Below the pieces are notes generated by a model. The model did no database searches, was not told the DNA's origin, and worked only from the letters and a program-made list of their open reading frames with translations. A DNA stretch of 49,629 bases. Source: Klebsormidium nitens. Its lineage: Eukaryota > Plantae > Klebsormidiophyceae. Both the position numbers and the translations under genes were made by a program. Positions 18,657 through 28,777 of this stretch are shown piece by piece (position 1 is the first letter of the stretch; every line of letters begins with the position of its first letter). The DNA is taken from assembly GCA_000708835.1 (NCBI GenBank), contig DF237583.1:1-49629 (forward strand), in the 5' to 3' direction.

Positions 18657-19201
18657 GCCCGGACGGGGTAGAGCTCCAAGGTCCAGGAGCCCCTCAGGGT
18701 CTCTGCCCCCAGCCTGACTGAGGCCGCAAAGACGTCCCTTAGCGGGGTGGGCTGGTGCCTACCTCGCCCCAATCCCCTCGCAGCAGCAATGACATCGTTT
18801 AGATTGAACCAGCTTATCTCGCTCTTCTCGAGAAAGCGCCGTTTGGCATCCATGTACCGAGCAAAGCGAGCGACCTTTTGGAAGAGCGTCCCGTAGGTAT
18901 GGAAGAACGGCACCCCGACAACGTACATGCTGTAGACCTGCCCGCCCATAGTCCGAGACTCGATCAGAGAATGGCACTTTGGGCATTGCAACCGGGCTCT
19001 GATTGCGTCAATGTCCAGAACGACCCCCATCGACTCCTCAAAGAACTCGCGGCATGCTGTCCGTTTGGGATCATTCCTGTCCTCTCCCTCGCTTCTGCCT
19101 CCAAAGTCCGACCACTGACCATCGACACGATCGCGCCCTAAGAGAACGAGCAGCTCGCCCTTGTACCTCGAGACTGGGAGAATACCTGCAGAGTAAGACA
19201 T
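18539..19201 (-). CDS. Nudix hydrolase
   Basis: SAGILP...VLLGRD...WSDFGGRSEGED....TACREFFEES Nudix box. Confidence 0.9.
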   Translation of the reverse strand: MSYSAGILPVSRYKGELLVLLGRDRVDGQWSDFGGRSEGEDRNDPKRTACREFFEESMGVVLDIDAIRARLQCPKCHSLIESRTMGGQVYSMYVVGVPFFHTYGTLFQKVARFARYMDAKRRFLEKSEISWFNLNDVIAAARGLGRGRHQPTPLRDVFAASVRLGAETLRGSWTLELYPVRAHDERPKGPKAAVSATPVAIPAPRGAGNEGSEGILPASW

Positions 19202-19333
19202 TGAAGCAGCTTGCCTTGGAGGCTTACAATACGTTGTGGAATTATTGACGGGTACATTGACGCCATCAAGGCTCTCCACGTGTGATGAGACCTCTCAAAA
19301 AGCAAGCACTTAGGGATAGGGGCCGGCGTGAGA

Positions 19334-21733
19334 ATGAGCACTGACACAATGCCGCTCGACAATGAACAGATGCAAGTGGTCGAGGCTCCGATCAATTGCC
19401 ACATCCGCGTGCTGTCCACGCCCGGCGGGGGCAAGAGCTCCGTCCTTGTAGCCAGAGTGGTCCATCTGATCGAACACTGTCACGAGGACGCCAGCTGCAT
19501 GCGCATCATGTCCTTCTCGCGCCAATCCGCGGCCGAGGTGGCTTCCCGCCTCCCGGAAGGGGTCCGCTGCTCGACAATCCATTCGTTCTGCAGCGAGCTT
19601 TCCTTCCGGCTTGAGCCCACCTTTGAGGATCCCGAGCGGTGCCTCATCGGGGCCGAACGACTCGCAGCAGACGAGGAGGATGCCGCGCGAGAGCTCTTTA
19701 GCCCCGACGAGTTCCTCTTCCGCCTCCGTGACCTGTTGACCGCTGGGAAGTGCAAGCACGACGACGTCGATGGCCTTCGCTTCCTCTTTGTTGACGAGAT
19801 GCAGGACCTGTGCCCCGTCCAATTTGATGTCATCAGGCTCCTGAGCGAGCTCTTTGGGGTGCGGGTTTTCGGAGTGGGTGATAGAAATCAGAACATCTAT
19901 GGCTTCCGGAGCTCCGATGCAAGGTTTCTGGACGAGATGGAGAAGCTCCCAAGTCATGAGTGCATATCCTTTGAGCTGACGCGCAACTACCGCAGCCTGC
20001 CACCCATCATCTCCTTTTCAAACGCGCTCGTGGAGGGGAGAAAGCGGATGGTTGCTGCGAGGTCGGCAGAGCTTGAGGCGGCACCAACCCTGACTTGCTT
20101 TGAGCACCAGGGCCAGGAGCTAAGCTGGGTGGTAGAACATGTGTGCAAGCGGCCGGCAGGGGACCTTGCAGTCATTGCCAGGACGCGCAGGGAGGTCTTC
20201 CTCCTCGCGCACAAGCTGGTCGAGAGGGGTGTTCCCAACAAAGTAATTGTCACAGAGGGGGACTCTGCAAAGCTCCTCAAGGACTCTGAGAGCGTGTCAC
20301 TCTGCACGATGCACGGCTCCAAGGGCTTGGAGTGGCCTGTGGTCTACTTGGTCGGTTTGAATGACCGCCACAACAAGTCCTTGCTGACAAAGGTGGAGCA
20401 GGAGCAGGAGGACAACCTGCTGTTTGTTGCAACCACCCGGGCCCGAGACGAGCTGCACATCACCTCTCCTTACGGAACCGTCAGCCGTGTCATCTCACGG
20501 GTGCCTCGTGATCTCTTTCTGAGCACTCCCCCAGACAAGAGCAGGGGGGTTGTGAAGCCAAGGTTCTCGGAGGGGGGGCGCGACCCGTACGTGCGAAGCG
20601 ATCGCTCAGTCTCGAGCTTTGTGCAATACTGCAGTGGTGCGCTCTACCAGCAGATGAAGGATGGTGGCCTTCTGCCCCGCCGCTTTCCTGGTGCGCGCAT
20701 CGAGAGGCTCCATGCTGCGCACCCGTTTCCCAAGGCATTTGAGGATTCAAAGGCACTGTACGGGTCGATCGTGGAGCGCGTCATCTTCAAGCAAGTGGAC
20801 AAGCAGGTCAGGGAACGTGCAATCCGGGCGGGTGGTTCTTCGGACCTGCTTCACATGCGCAGTCAGGACTCCCACGCGAGCCGCTGCTTCCTCTATGTGA
20901 GGACGGACCGCCTCACCTGGGACACGCGTGCGGCTACAGAGGAGGAGCTCCGGGTTCAAAAGGATGCACTGGCCTCCGAGTTCGGGCTGACTGCCGAGCA
21001 CGTCAGGGAGTACGACATCAGGTCACAACCTGCCTACGTCGGATCCAAGGGCGTCCTCTACGCTCAGCACGCTGACGAGGCGCATGCTCGGGCCTTTGAC
21101 GGTCGGATCAGGGGCATCCGAGAGTCGTACAAGCGATACATCAAGAATGACGTTGATCTGGGAACAGAGGAAGGCCTCCGCGTGATCTCGGATGTTGCAA
21201 CCTGTGCACACATCTGTTCCGCCCCGGCAAGGACGCACCTGCTCTTCAAGCGGCCTGCTTGTGGCAGTCTAGACATGGACTCCAATTTGGGGCTTCTCCA
21301 ACAAACCGCAAAGGTGGTCCGCAAGCCGTTAGGACCCCATTTTGACAAGCATCCGCCTCAAGTGATTACGTCTCCACCAGACATTGCAAAATCTCCGTAC
21401 ATGCTGCGCACTTTTGGAGTAGCAACGGACCTTGACATCTCTATTGAAGCAGTTAAGGGGATCTGCGACCTGGTAATTGGCACGACCATGGTGGAGATCA
21501 AGGCGTCAATGGAGCCCGGTGGAGTGCAGATTGGCTGGGTGTTGCAGGCGCTTCTCTATGCAGCGCTGGCACGAGAGAGGGGGTTGGACATTCAAGAGAT
21601 CGCAATCTATAATCCATTAAAGGGCTTTCTTTGGCGAGCGCCGATCAGCGAATGGACAAAAGGGCCAGAGCTATTGAGATTGGTCGCAGAGGAGACCTCA
21701 TCACAGGTGGCTCCAGTGGGACGGGCATGCTGA
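19334..21733 (+). CDS. UvrD/Rep-family helicase with C-terminal PD-(D/E)XK nuclease-like domain
   Basis: LDNEQ, PGGGKS (Walker A), FVDEMQD, VGDRNQNIYGFR, NYRS, TMHGSKGLEW, FVATTRARDEL; C-terminal CDLVI...VEIK...QALLY. Confidence 0.9.
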   Translation: MSTDTMPLDNEQMQVVEAPINCHIRVLSTPGGGKSSVLVARVVHLIEHCHEDASCMRIMSFSRQSAAEVASRLPEGVRCSTIHSFCSELSFRLEPTFEDPERCLIGAERLAADEEDAARELFSPDEFLFRLRDLLTAGKCKHDDVDGLRFLFVDEMQDLCPVQFDVIRLLSELFGVRVFGVGDRNQNIYGFRSSDARFLDEMEKLPSHECISFELTRNYRSLPPIISFSNALVEGRKRMVAARSAELEAAPTLTCFEHQGQELSWVVEHVCKRPAGDLAVIARTRREVFLLAHKLVERGVPNKVIVTEGDSAKLLKDSESVSLCTMHGSKGLEWPVVYLVGLNDRHNKSLLTKVEQEQEDNLLFVATTRARDELHITSPYGTVSRVISRVPRDLFLSTPPDKSRGVVKPRFSEGGRDPYVRSDRSVSSFVQYCSGALYQQMKDGGLLPRRFPGARIERLHAAHPFPKAFEDSKALYGSIVERVIFKQVDKQVRERAIRAGGSSDLLHMRSQDSHASRCFLYVRTDRLTWDTRAATEEELRVQKDALASEFGLTAEHVREYDIRSQPAYVGSKGVLYAQHADEAHARAFDGRIRGIRESYKRYIKNDVDLGTEEGLRVISDVATCAHICSAPARTHLLFKRPACGSLDMDSNLGLLQQTAKVVRKPLGPHFDKHPPQVITSPPDIAKSPYMLRTFGVATDLDISIEAVKGICDLVIGTTMVEIKASMEPGGVQIGWVLQALLYAALARERGLDIQEIAIYNPLKGFLWRAPISEWTKGPELLRLVAEETSSQVAPVGRAC

Positions 21734-22297
21734 GCAGGAGTGCATCACCGATTGACTTGACCACATGTTCCAGTCGTTGAGATCCATGCACTCCTTGATT
21801 GCCCCAGGGAGTAACGAGTCTCTGGAGTCTCCCTTGTAGAGCAGCAAATCCGGTAGAACAATGGATTTACTGCTTCTGCCAATTGTTGCAAGCCGATCCG
21901 CGAGCTCATTCCCAGGTATGCCAACATGGCCCTTGACCTTTGCAAGAATTAGTTCCGACTTCCTTTCGAGCAGCCACCGCGAACATCGGACCAGCACCTC
22001 GAACCGGGGATCAAGTGTCCCCTTTCTGATCAAGTCTATGCTCGTTTGGCTGTCGGTGAAGATGTGCCCGTCCTGAGAGTGCAGAATTGCAACAAAAATT
22101 GCGGCCAACTCTGCATGATTGCTATCTGCTCTCCTCGACCTACACGGTACCAGACTGTAGCTTTCAAGCCGCCTACGGCTTTGATAATTGACTCCAATCC
22201 CAGCACGCCCACCCTTCACACTGGCGTCCGTGTAGGTCTCATGCCTTCTCACCGGCAGTGCACGGCAATATGCAATCTGACGTGCAGTGCATGCCAT
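21701..22297 (-). CDS. Ribonuclease H1
   Basis: YTDAS, NHAELAAI, FTDSQ, KVKGHVGIPGNELADRLA. Confidence 0.9.
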   Translation of the reverse strand: MACTARQIAYCRALPVRRHETYTDASVKGGRAGIGVNYQSRRRLESYSLVPCRSRRADSNHAELAAIFVAILHSQDGHIFTDSQTSIDLIRKGTLDPRFEVLVRCSRWLLERKSELILAKVKGHVGIPGNELADRLATIGRSSKSIVLPDLLLYKGDSRDSLLPGAIKECMDLNDWNMWSSQSVMHSCSACPSHWSHL

Positions 22298-22317
22298 GCT
22301 CCTTATTACATATGCCT

Positions 22318-22896
22318 CTATGATTCGGCCGGTTGAGAACGCGCTTGAGAGATGATTGCATCATAGTGCTGCGTGTCAGCATCAAACAGCAGGTGCAGCA
22401 CCGGCCGCCGTCCGACATTGCGGCGCCTCTCCACACTTCTGGGTCCTGCGCGACTGGCGAAGAAGATCCCTTTCTCTCCATTCTCCGGATCGTGAGCCGG
22501 ATGAACGAGAATGCAAACATTCAGCAGCGCAGACAGCGCCAGCAACTCCGTCTGCCCTCCAAACGTTCTGTTCTCCACCATATGAGCGGCATAGCTCTCC
22601 TTGTCAACGATCTCTGGGCAACCCGGGTCCGCCGCATACTCCATCTCGACGCTCTCCTTCCCAGTGACGTTGCCCCGAATCCCACCCAGGGGCCAGGTCC
22701 AGTGCTGCACGACATAGTTGACCGTCTCTGTGCGCAACTTCTGCACGGCAGCCTTGAACCTTGCGCTGTTTGGGTCGGGAAGCTTCCCCTTGGAAGTGTG
22801 ATAGAAGCACAGGAACGTTGCAGCAAAGAGGCACGCGCCATCGCCGGGCACTGAAACAACCTCGGGGTCGTCCGGCAAGCCGCTTGTTCTGTACAT
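22318..22896 (-). CDS. OTU-family cysteine protease (deubiquitinase-like)
   Basis: VPGDGACLF (Cys), FGGQTELLALS, QHYD (His). Confidence 0.9.
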   Translation of the reverse strand: MYRTSGLPDDPEVVSVPGDGACLFAATFLCFYHTSKGKLPDPNSARFKAAVQKLRTETVNYVVQHWTWPLGGIRGNVTGKESVEMEYAADPGCPEIVDKESYAAHMVENRTFGGQTELLALSALLNVCILVHPAHDPENGEKGIFFASRAGPRSVERRRNVGRRPVLHLLFDADTQHYDAIISQARSQPAES

Positions 22897-22954
22897 GGCG
22901 TACTTAGGGTGAAGGATTTGCTGTTTGTGGCAACGCATCCCAGCCCCCAAAGCC

Positions 22955-23221
22955 ATGATCAAGCACGCGAGATCGGTCCTCCTATCCGCGCCTGCCCAAG
23001 CACTCCTCTGTGCCCTTGCCGTCCACAGCACGTACTATGCGGCCGAGGTGCTCCATGCCAGATACTGCACACCCTCCTTCTTCTGGAGCGCCTTCAGCAG
23101 CAGCTCGAGCAGCTGCCTCGCTCTGCGGCGCCTCTCCGACCTGTCTCGAGACTACTTCCCGATGTTCCTCGCGGCTATTGCTTGTGCTGTGGGCTCCGCC
23201 TTGCGCAAAAAGGCGGTCTGA
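22955..23221 (+). CDS. Small NCLDV-type membrane protein
   Basis: Hydrophobic; HSTYY..EVLHARYCTP..F.....SSC.ALR pattern. Confidence 0.55.
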   Translation: MIKHARSVLLSAPAQALLCALAVHSTYYAAEVLHARYCTPSFFWSAFSSSSSSCLALRRLSDLSRDYFPMFLAAIACAVGSALRKKAV

Positions 23222-23545
23222 CGCGAGATGCCTCTTTCGTAAAGCGAGAACCGACCGCTCGTCCGCCCGGATCTTCCAGTGAACATGGTTGTGATTAACC
23301 CAATTGCCAAAGCTGGCATAGATCTGGTAGTCGGGCAGCTCTATAGCCTCCATGAAAGCAGCGACCTCTTGAAACGAAGCCCGAAGCTCTTCGCCCGAAA
23401 GATCGAGCGTCGAGGCCTTGTGTACATGTGGTGTGTAGATCAGAAGCGGCCGTCCCTTGAGATCAAAATGGAATCGCCCGTGCCTCCCATCCGCAATCAC
23501 CAGGCTGCGAGCATATTGTGTCAAGTGACAGGTGTAGCAACTCAT
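22982..23545 (-). CDS. HIT-like protein
   Basis: SCYTC N-terminus, LIYTPHVH, HNHVHWKI histidine triad; the tail overlaps the antisense gene. Confidence 0.6.
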   Translation of the reverse strand: MSCYTCHLTQYARSLVIADGRHGRFHFDLKGRPLLIYTPHVHKASTLDLSGEELRASFQEVAAFMEAIELPDYQIYASFGNWVNHNHVHWKIRADERSVLALRKRHLASDRLFAQGGAHSTSNSREEHREVVSRQVGEAPQSEAAARAAAEGAPEEGGCAVSGMEHLGRIVRAVDGKGTEECLGRRG

Positions 23546-23602
23546 CAAAGGCCCACCGCGAATTTCGGGTTGAATTGGGTGGAGAAAATCAGCAGCTCTG
23601 AT

Positions 23603-25372
23603 ATGGCGCAGCGGTGGCTCGCATGGCGCTCGTGGTTTGGGCCGCCTCTCATCACCGCGGCATACCTGGGTGTTGCCCAGTTTGGAAGGCTCCTGGTGGA
23701 CAGCAAGACCCATAGTGCGTCCGTCTGGCCTCCTTCTGGGGTTGGCCTGGCAGCTGCTCTCCACTTTGGCAGGCCATCAGCAGCTGTAGGCATTGCGGCC
23801 GGCTCACTATTGCATCTCCTCTTGATGTACCTGACGACCGAGAGGTACCACCGGACAATCTTCCTCGCAATCTCCCCAGCTTTTGCGGCAATCAACGTCC
23901 TGGAAGCTCTTGTGAACTGCACACTCATCCAGTTCGTATCAAAACAAAGGTCGGGGTGGTTTGAAACTTGGCGGGGAGCGGTCCTTTTCTTTCTTCCGAT
24001 CCCGTTCGCCCCCCTCGCATCTGCTTACCTCATTGCTTTCTTACTTGCCCTTGTCAATTTTGTCCCAACAGCTTACGTGGCCAAGTATGGTGCAGCAATA
24101 TGGCTGGGCCGCCTCGGTGGCATATATGCTTTCACGCCAGCACTGACAAACCCGTGGAACGGACTGTTTCGGATTCATCAATGGAAGGTGATGCTGACAT
24201 TTGCCGGCATTGCAGTAGTATTCTCATTCACTTTCATGAACGGTTGGGGGCTTATAACGTCTTCTCAACCACGACTGTTCATTTTTCCAGCCACTGCTAT
24301 GCTAGTTCTTGCAACACCTGCTTTGGGTAATCAGGAGGTCACTGGGGCAATCTTTCTCGCAATGGCCATGGTTATTGTCGGAACCGCCCGGGGGATGGGT
24401 CCATTCAGTGGCGACAACCACTCGCCAATCTTTTGGCTGACGTTGGAGCAGATCTACATATGCGTCACCAGTGCCAAGACGATCTGTATTGCAGCCTTGT
24501 CACGTGAAAAAGACGACAAGCACGTGCAACTGCAGAGGGTCAACGAGTTGCTCGAGACGCGGGTGCAGCACAGAACAAGCGAGTCAACGGCTGCGATTGA
24601 CCGTGCGGAGGAGGTTGGTCGGCAGAAGCTGGGATTCGTGAGGCATGTACGCGAAGAGATACGCGCGCCTCTGGTAGGGATCCAACGGCTGTGCTTTACT
24701 GAAAGCCCTCTCGACATTGACTCCCTCCGGGCACGGGTGGCCGGCACGGCAGAGCTGCTGGTCACCGTTCTGGACGACCTGGTCGACGTGGGGTACGGCG
24801 AAGGTGGCAGGCTGTGCTCTGAGATGCTGAAGTTTGAACCGGAGGCGCTCTTTAGGCGTGCACTGGACCTGGTCAGGCCGGATCTATCGAAGGTGGCCAC
24901 CCTTGAAGCTGACAAGGACCTTCCTCGGTATGCCGAAGGCGACATGAAGAAGCTGCAGCGCTGCCTGGTTGCGATGATCAACTGCTGCTGCACCGGTGAT
25001 GTGTGTTCGGTCCGGCTTGGCATCCTGTGCATGCCGCCCGAGATGATGGCGAACGGCGTCCATTCCCGCCACAGGCTGTGGATACGCTTCGAGGTGCATG
25101 CAGAGCCTCACGGGGGGCAAGCAACGGACCTCGAGGGCGGCTGGGTGCTCAACCCATACGATCCAAAAACCTCTGTGGATGACCGCCCCGTGGTGCTAGC
25201 TGACGAGATGGGTGGACGGCTCTTCCGAGCCCGCGACGGCCTCAGTGCAAGGCTGGAGGTCCCTTTAAGACGCACAATGGACAACAACTCCCTGGGGTCC
25301 AGTGTCCGCTTCCGTGAGGCCCGAGCGCAAGCCATTCTGGACGGGCTGGAGCTGAGCCCGCAGAAAGAGTAG
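23603..25372 (+). CDS. MASE1 sensor fused to a degenerate histidine-kinase core
   Basis: VWPPSGVGLAAAL MASE1 motif and many TMs. H-box reads VREEIRAPL (no His). GDMKKLQRCLVAMI lacks the N-box Asn. Confidence 0.75.
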   Translation: MAQRWLAWRSWFGPPLITAAYLGVAQFGRLLVDSKTHSASVWPPSGVGLAAALHFGRPSAAVGIAAGSLLHLLLMYLTTERYHRTIFLAISPAFAAINVLEALVNCTLIQFVSKQRSGWFETWRGAVLFFLPIPFAPLASAYLIAFLLALVNFVPTAYVAKYGAAIWLGRLGGIYAFTPALTNPWNGLFRIHQWKVMLTFAGIAVVFSFTFMNGWGLITSSQPRLFIFPATAMLVLATPALGNQEVTGAIFLAMAMVIVGTARGMGPFSGDNHSPIFWLTLEQIYICVTSAKTICIAALSREKDDKHVQLQRVNELLETRVQHRTSESTAAIDRAEEVGRQKLGFVRHVREEIRAPLVGIQRLCFTESPLDIDSLRARVAGTAELLVTVLDDLVDVGYGEGGRLCSEMLKFEPEALFRRALDLVRPDLSKVATLEADKDLPRYAEGDMKKLQRCLVAMINCCCTGDVCSVRLGILCMPPEMMANGVHSRHRLWIRFEVHAEPHGGQATDLEGGWVLNPYDPKTSVDDRPVVLADEMGGRLFRARDGLSARLEVPLRRTMDNNSLGSSVRFREARAQAILDGLELSPQKE

Positions 25373-25567
25373 AGTGCTCGGACACTTATGATCAAAGAAC
25401 AAGTGACTTTCGAGCAATGGAGCCAATACTTGCAGTTTTCGTTGGGATCGCACTTGTGTCGTACGCACTGCTGTGCTGTTTCCTTTTCATTGACGCATTG
25501 TGCTTGGAGGACGACGCGGACGGCCTGTGAAGCGAGCGCTCTTTTTTTCATGGTATAGCTGTTAGGT

Positions 25568-25963
25568 ATGACGCATGCTATCAGATATGCACGCCCCTTT
25601 TGCATCATGAATGTAAGGGCTTGCGAGCCTCGTTTGCCGGTCCTTGAGGCAACCGATCACGTGTACATTTTACGCCATAACAGGAACATTCTGAGAGCGC
25701 CGCTTCCCATCGAGCGGCCATTGGAACCACCGATGGCGATGCTGTTTCATGACAAGAGCTATGCAACCGAATTTCACTACCAGTTTGACCCTAGCGCCCA
25801 CCTGGAGGAGGTGGAGCTCGGCAAGTTCGAGACATATGCCCACTCAAATAACCTGCCCTTGCAGATAGTCTTCGTCAATGGCAAACATGTTGTCCGCCCA
25901 CCACGCCGAGACCCCCAACACTATCGCCAGATGCTAGCAACTATGTGGGATTCGTCCCAGTGA
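25568..25963 (+). CDS. Hypothetical protein
   Basis: Open frame tiling between neighbours. Confidence 0.45.
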   Translation: MTHAIRYARPFCIMNVRACEPRLPVLEATDHVYILRHNRNILRAPLPIERPLEPPMAMLFHDKSYATEFHYQFDPSAHLEEVELGKFETYAHSNNLPLQIVFVNGKHVVRPPRRDPQHYRQMLATMWDSSQ

Positions 25964-27065
25964 CTTCTACTACTTCGCCCTGAGTGATGCGTGCCAGTTT
26001 TGCCAACGGATCGCTGGCAAAGTCGACGCGGTATCTCTCTGTCCAGTGCACCCCCGCTGTCTCTCCAGAATACCTGGCGATCACAGGCCGATGCGGGTAT
26101 ACACGGATGCACCCCTCGGATTTGGCGCCGCCGATAAGACGACGTTCAGCCAGCAAGCCTTTCGGGATCACATAGCAGCAGTTCACTTTGGTTTCTGGTA
26201 GCTGAATGCAGAGGAAGTCGAAGTCGTCAACTGCATACTGCCTATAGGTGGATTTGCCACCCACTCTGCCTGCGTTCTTCTGGCAACTTACTTTGTACTG
26301 GTCCTTTTTGACGTCGTATCGGGCCAACTTCAATTGCCATCTCTTGCCCTCTACAAGGTAGTCATAGCTCATGTGCTCGGCTGGAGGGTCCACGAACGTA
26401 ACTGACAATGAGCGCTGGAGCCTTTTGAAAGCCTCGTACTCCGCCAAGGCAGTTGGAGCCGTGGGCTTCTCGTGCTCCGTCGGGCTACGTAATACGTAAT
26501 TGCTCGAGCCTGTCAAGGCCTCCTCATATATCTTGTGGATTGCACTGGCCAGGTTAGCAAAGTCCACTTCCTGAAGTCGATCAGGATTTATGCTATATCG
26601 GACTCTTGTTACCGGAATCTGAACGCATTGGCTGACCAGTTTGGATCCTTCTGCCAGCCATATGCGAGGGGGCTGGACGTGAACTGCTATGAAGACTAGC
26701 AACAAGCCCGTGTAGCCGTTCGTATGTTTGAAGCTGTAAAAGTTTGTCCCATTGCGGCCGTCCACCCCGGTTACACCAGTGGTCTTGAGTTGTATGCCAA
26801 GGGCAAGTGCACCAGGCATGTAAACGCAGCAGTCGGCACGAGCTTTCTCGAAAGATTTGTGGAACTCGAGACGACCGTCCTTCTGGATCGCACGCGAGAG
26901 TATTTGCAGGCCCCGTGCTTCTTTCTCGTTGTTGTCACCGTATTTTGCCAGATTAGCAAAGCGTGCAACGGCAGCCTCGTCCATCTCCAGATATGCTTTT
27001 CGAGACAATTGCAAAGCCTTAAGTGTCTCGCGGGGCTTGTACAAGCGATTCTTACTTAGGGCCAT
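25941..27065 (-). CDS. Tandem PD-(D/E)XK endonuclease-like protein
   Basis: RADCCV...GIQLKT and SYDYLV..KRWQLK...QYAVDDFDFL...YVIP. Confidence 0.65.
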   Translation of the reverse strand: MALSKNRLYKPRETLKALQLSRKAYLEMDEAAVARFANLAKYGDNNEKEARGLQILSRAIQKDGRLEFHKSFEKARADCCVYMPGALALGIQLKTTGVTGVDGRNGTNFYSFKHTNGYTGLLLVFIAVHVQPPRIWLAEGSKLVSQCVQIPVTRVRYSINPDRLQEVDFANLASAIHKIYEEALTGSSNYVLRSPTEHEKPTAPTALAEYEAFKRLQRSLSVTFVDPPAEHMSYDYLVEGKRWQLKLARYDVKKDQYKVSCQKNAGRVGGKSTYRQYAVDDFDFLCIQLPETKVNCCYVIPKGLLAERRLIGGAKSEGCIRVYPHRPVIARYSGETAGVHWTERYRVDFASDPLAKLARITQGEVVEVTGTNPT

Positions 27066-27090
27066 TCCAACGTTGCAAAAGAGCACCGCC

Positions 27091-27668
27091 ATGATCACTG
27101 TTGAAGGGAACGTCTCTTCAGGCAAATCGACTTTGCTGAAAGGCCTGCAGGCTGCCGGCCATGACGTGTACTTGGAGCCAGTCTCTACCTGGTCGAGTCA
27201 GCTCGGGCCTTTTACGCGGACCCGGCCCGTTACGGCCTCCCCCTGCAACTGAAGGTGCTGACCTCCTTCCTTCGAGCCGGCAAAAAGGAGCAGTCAATAG
27301 TGGAGAGATCTCCAGTGAGCTCGAGGTACATTTTTGGGCGCCTCTTGCACGAAGCGGGGCTACTCACGGACGTAGAGATGGACACGTATCGAAGCATCTT
27401 TGACGCCCTTAGCCCCCTACTGATCCAACCGGCAGCGTGCATATATGTTTTCTCAGACCCTGCTGAGTGCTTCACACGAGCCACGCAAAGAGGCAGACAA
27501 GAAGAAGCCCAACTCACGGAGCACTACTTGGCAAGGCTGCACGCTGCTCACGAGAGCATCTTTGAGCGCTCTTGTGAGGAGGTCGCTGAGGGTGTCTTTA
27601 AATGTGAGAGTCCCTGCTTTGCAAGAGCTTCTGGATCGACGGGCGGCGATCCAAGGATAAGGTCTTAA
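27091..27668 (+). pseudogene. Deoxynucleoside kinase, frameshifted at T-run 27210-27213
   Basis: ITVEGNVSSGKST P-loop, YLEPV..W; shifted frame gives FYADPARYGLPLQ, IVERS, QRGRQEE, YLARLHAAHE. Confidence 0.85.
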
Positions 27669-27753
27669 GAGCGTGTGCAGCAGCCCTGCAGTACCTAACA
27701 TCACCTTCGTGAGGAGCTTCTGGCGCCGCATAATTTCTGGATGCTCTGAAAGA

Positions 27754-28266
27754 ATGGGCAAATCCAGTGGGAAGAAGACGAGACCCGGAAAAACGGAAAC
27801 GAACAAGTTCTCAAGAATCGGTCCCACTTTGGTTGCGTGGATCGATTCGCAGGTTGAGGAGGTGAACATTGAGGCTGCTTTCCAACAGGAGGTGAAGCAG
27901 CGGCAGGACGAAGTGAAAGAAACCCCTGTGCCTCCGAAGCAGATGCTCAAGCCTCCGGAGCTCAAGCTAGAGAACCCCAGGGCCGCTCCAACCATCGGGG
28001 AAGCCGAAGAGACAGACCATTCCTGTATCGACGAGAGCGACGCACCATGCTGGGACTCTGGAGATTTCGGTGATGATGACGAACGGGGCTCCGAGGCATC
28101 TTTTGCGGAGCGCGAGCCCGAGTATTCGTCAGACGAAGAATGCTATCAGATTGTTGAGCAGCCAAGGCTGCCACATAGTCGCTTATTCAGCTCGAGACCA
28201 CGGCGTAACATCATTGTTTGTGCTCAGGCGCCAGCATTGAAAGAAGAAGACTTTGTGCCAGAGTAA
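27754..28266 (+). CDS. Acidic hypothetical protein
   Basis: Basic N-terminus, D/E-rich centre. Confidence 0.5.
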   Translation: MGKSSGKKTRPGKTETNKFSRIGPTLVAWIDSQVEEVNIEAAFQQEVKQRQDEVKETPVPPKQMLKPPELKLENPRAAPTIGEAEETDHSCIDESDAPCWDSGDFGDDDERGSEASFAEREPEYSSDEECYQIVEQPRLPHSRLFSSRPRRNIIVCAQAPALKEEDFVPE

Positions 28267-28273
28267 GAAGACA

Positions 28274-28777
28274 TTACACGGACTGGGCCTTGAGTGCCCT
28301 CAATGTCATTGACGATCTATTGAAGCAAAAGTCTGCCACCTGTCGTAAGTATCCCTCCTCAAACTGCGTCTTATGGAACAATCGAGCCATGATGGTGTCG
28401 TAAGCCTCAAGGATAGCTCTCCTATGCACATGTATCCACTTCTCCCTCCCAAGGACCCTCTTGATGAATTGCTCGCCCGGCTCCGGAACGCCGCCTCTGT
28501 CCACTTCAAGCAGGCCCCAAGGGATCGGGTGGAACCTCTTGCGCAGCGCTCGTTGATTGGCATCCATAAGCTGGCGAAGCTTGAAGATAAACTGGCAAAA
28601 CTGGGGGAAGCTGCAGCGGTCGAGGACCGGGTGGCCTCCACTCCTCATGAAATCCTGCACCTCCTCGTAGCAGGCAAGCAGATCGTCCTGATGTGCAGAG
28701 ATGAACGTCTCTTCTTCACCAAAGAAGTCGTCCTGCAGCAACTGCTTATCGTCATCTGACTCGGCGTCAGACATCAT
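28274..28777 (-). CDS. NCLDV-type hypothetical protein
   Basis: Acidic N-terminus; LDRCSFPQFCQFIF pattern. Confidence 0.55.
   Translation of the reverse strand: MMSDAESDDDKQLLQDDFFGEEETFISAHQDDLLACYEEVQDFMRSGGHPVLDRCSFPQFCQFIFKLRQLMDANQRALRKRFHPIPWGLLEVDRGGVPEPGEQFIKRVLGREKWIHVHRRAILEAYDTIMARLFHKTQFEEGYLRQVADFCFNRSSMTLRALKAQSV

Noticed and set aside
21701-22297. LTR retrotransposon remnant
   Set aside because: Stand-alone RNase H1 with no RT, integrase or LTRs; such genes occur in algal giant viruses.
25380-25552. Small Cys-rich minus-strand ORF (MKKRALA...)
   Set aside because: Short, runs antisense into the MASE1 gene, and has no recognised family.
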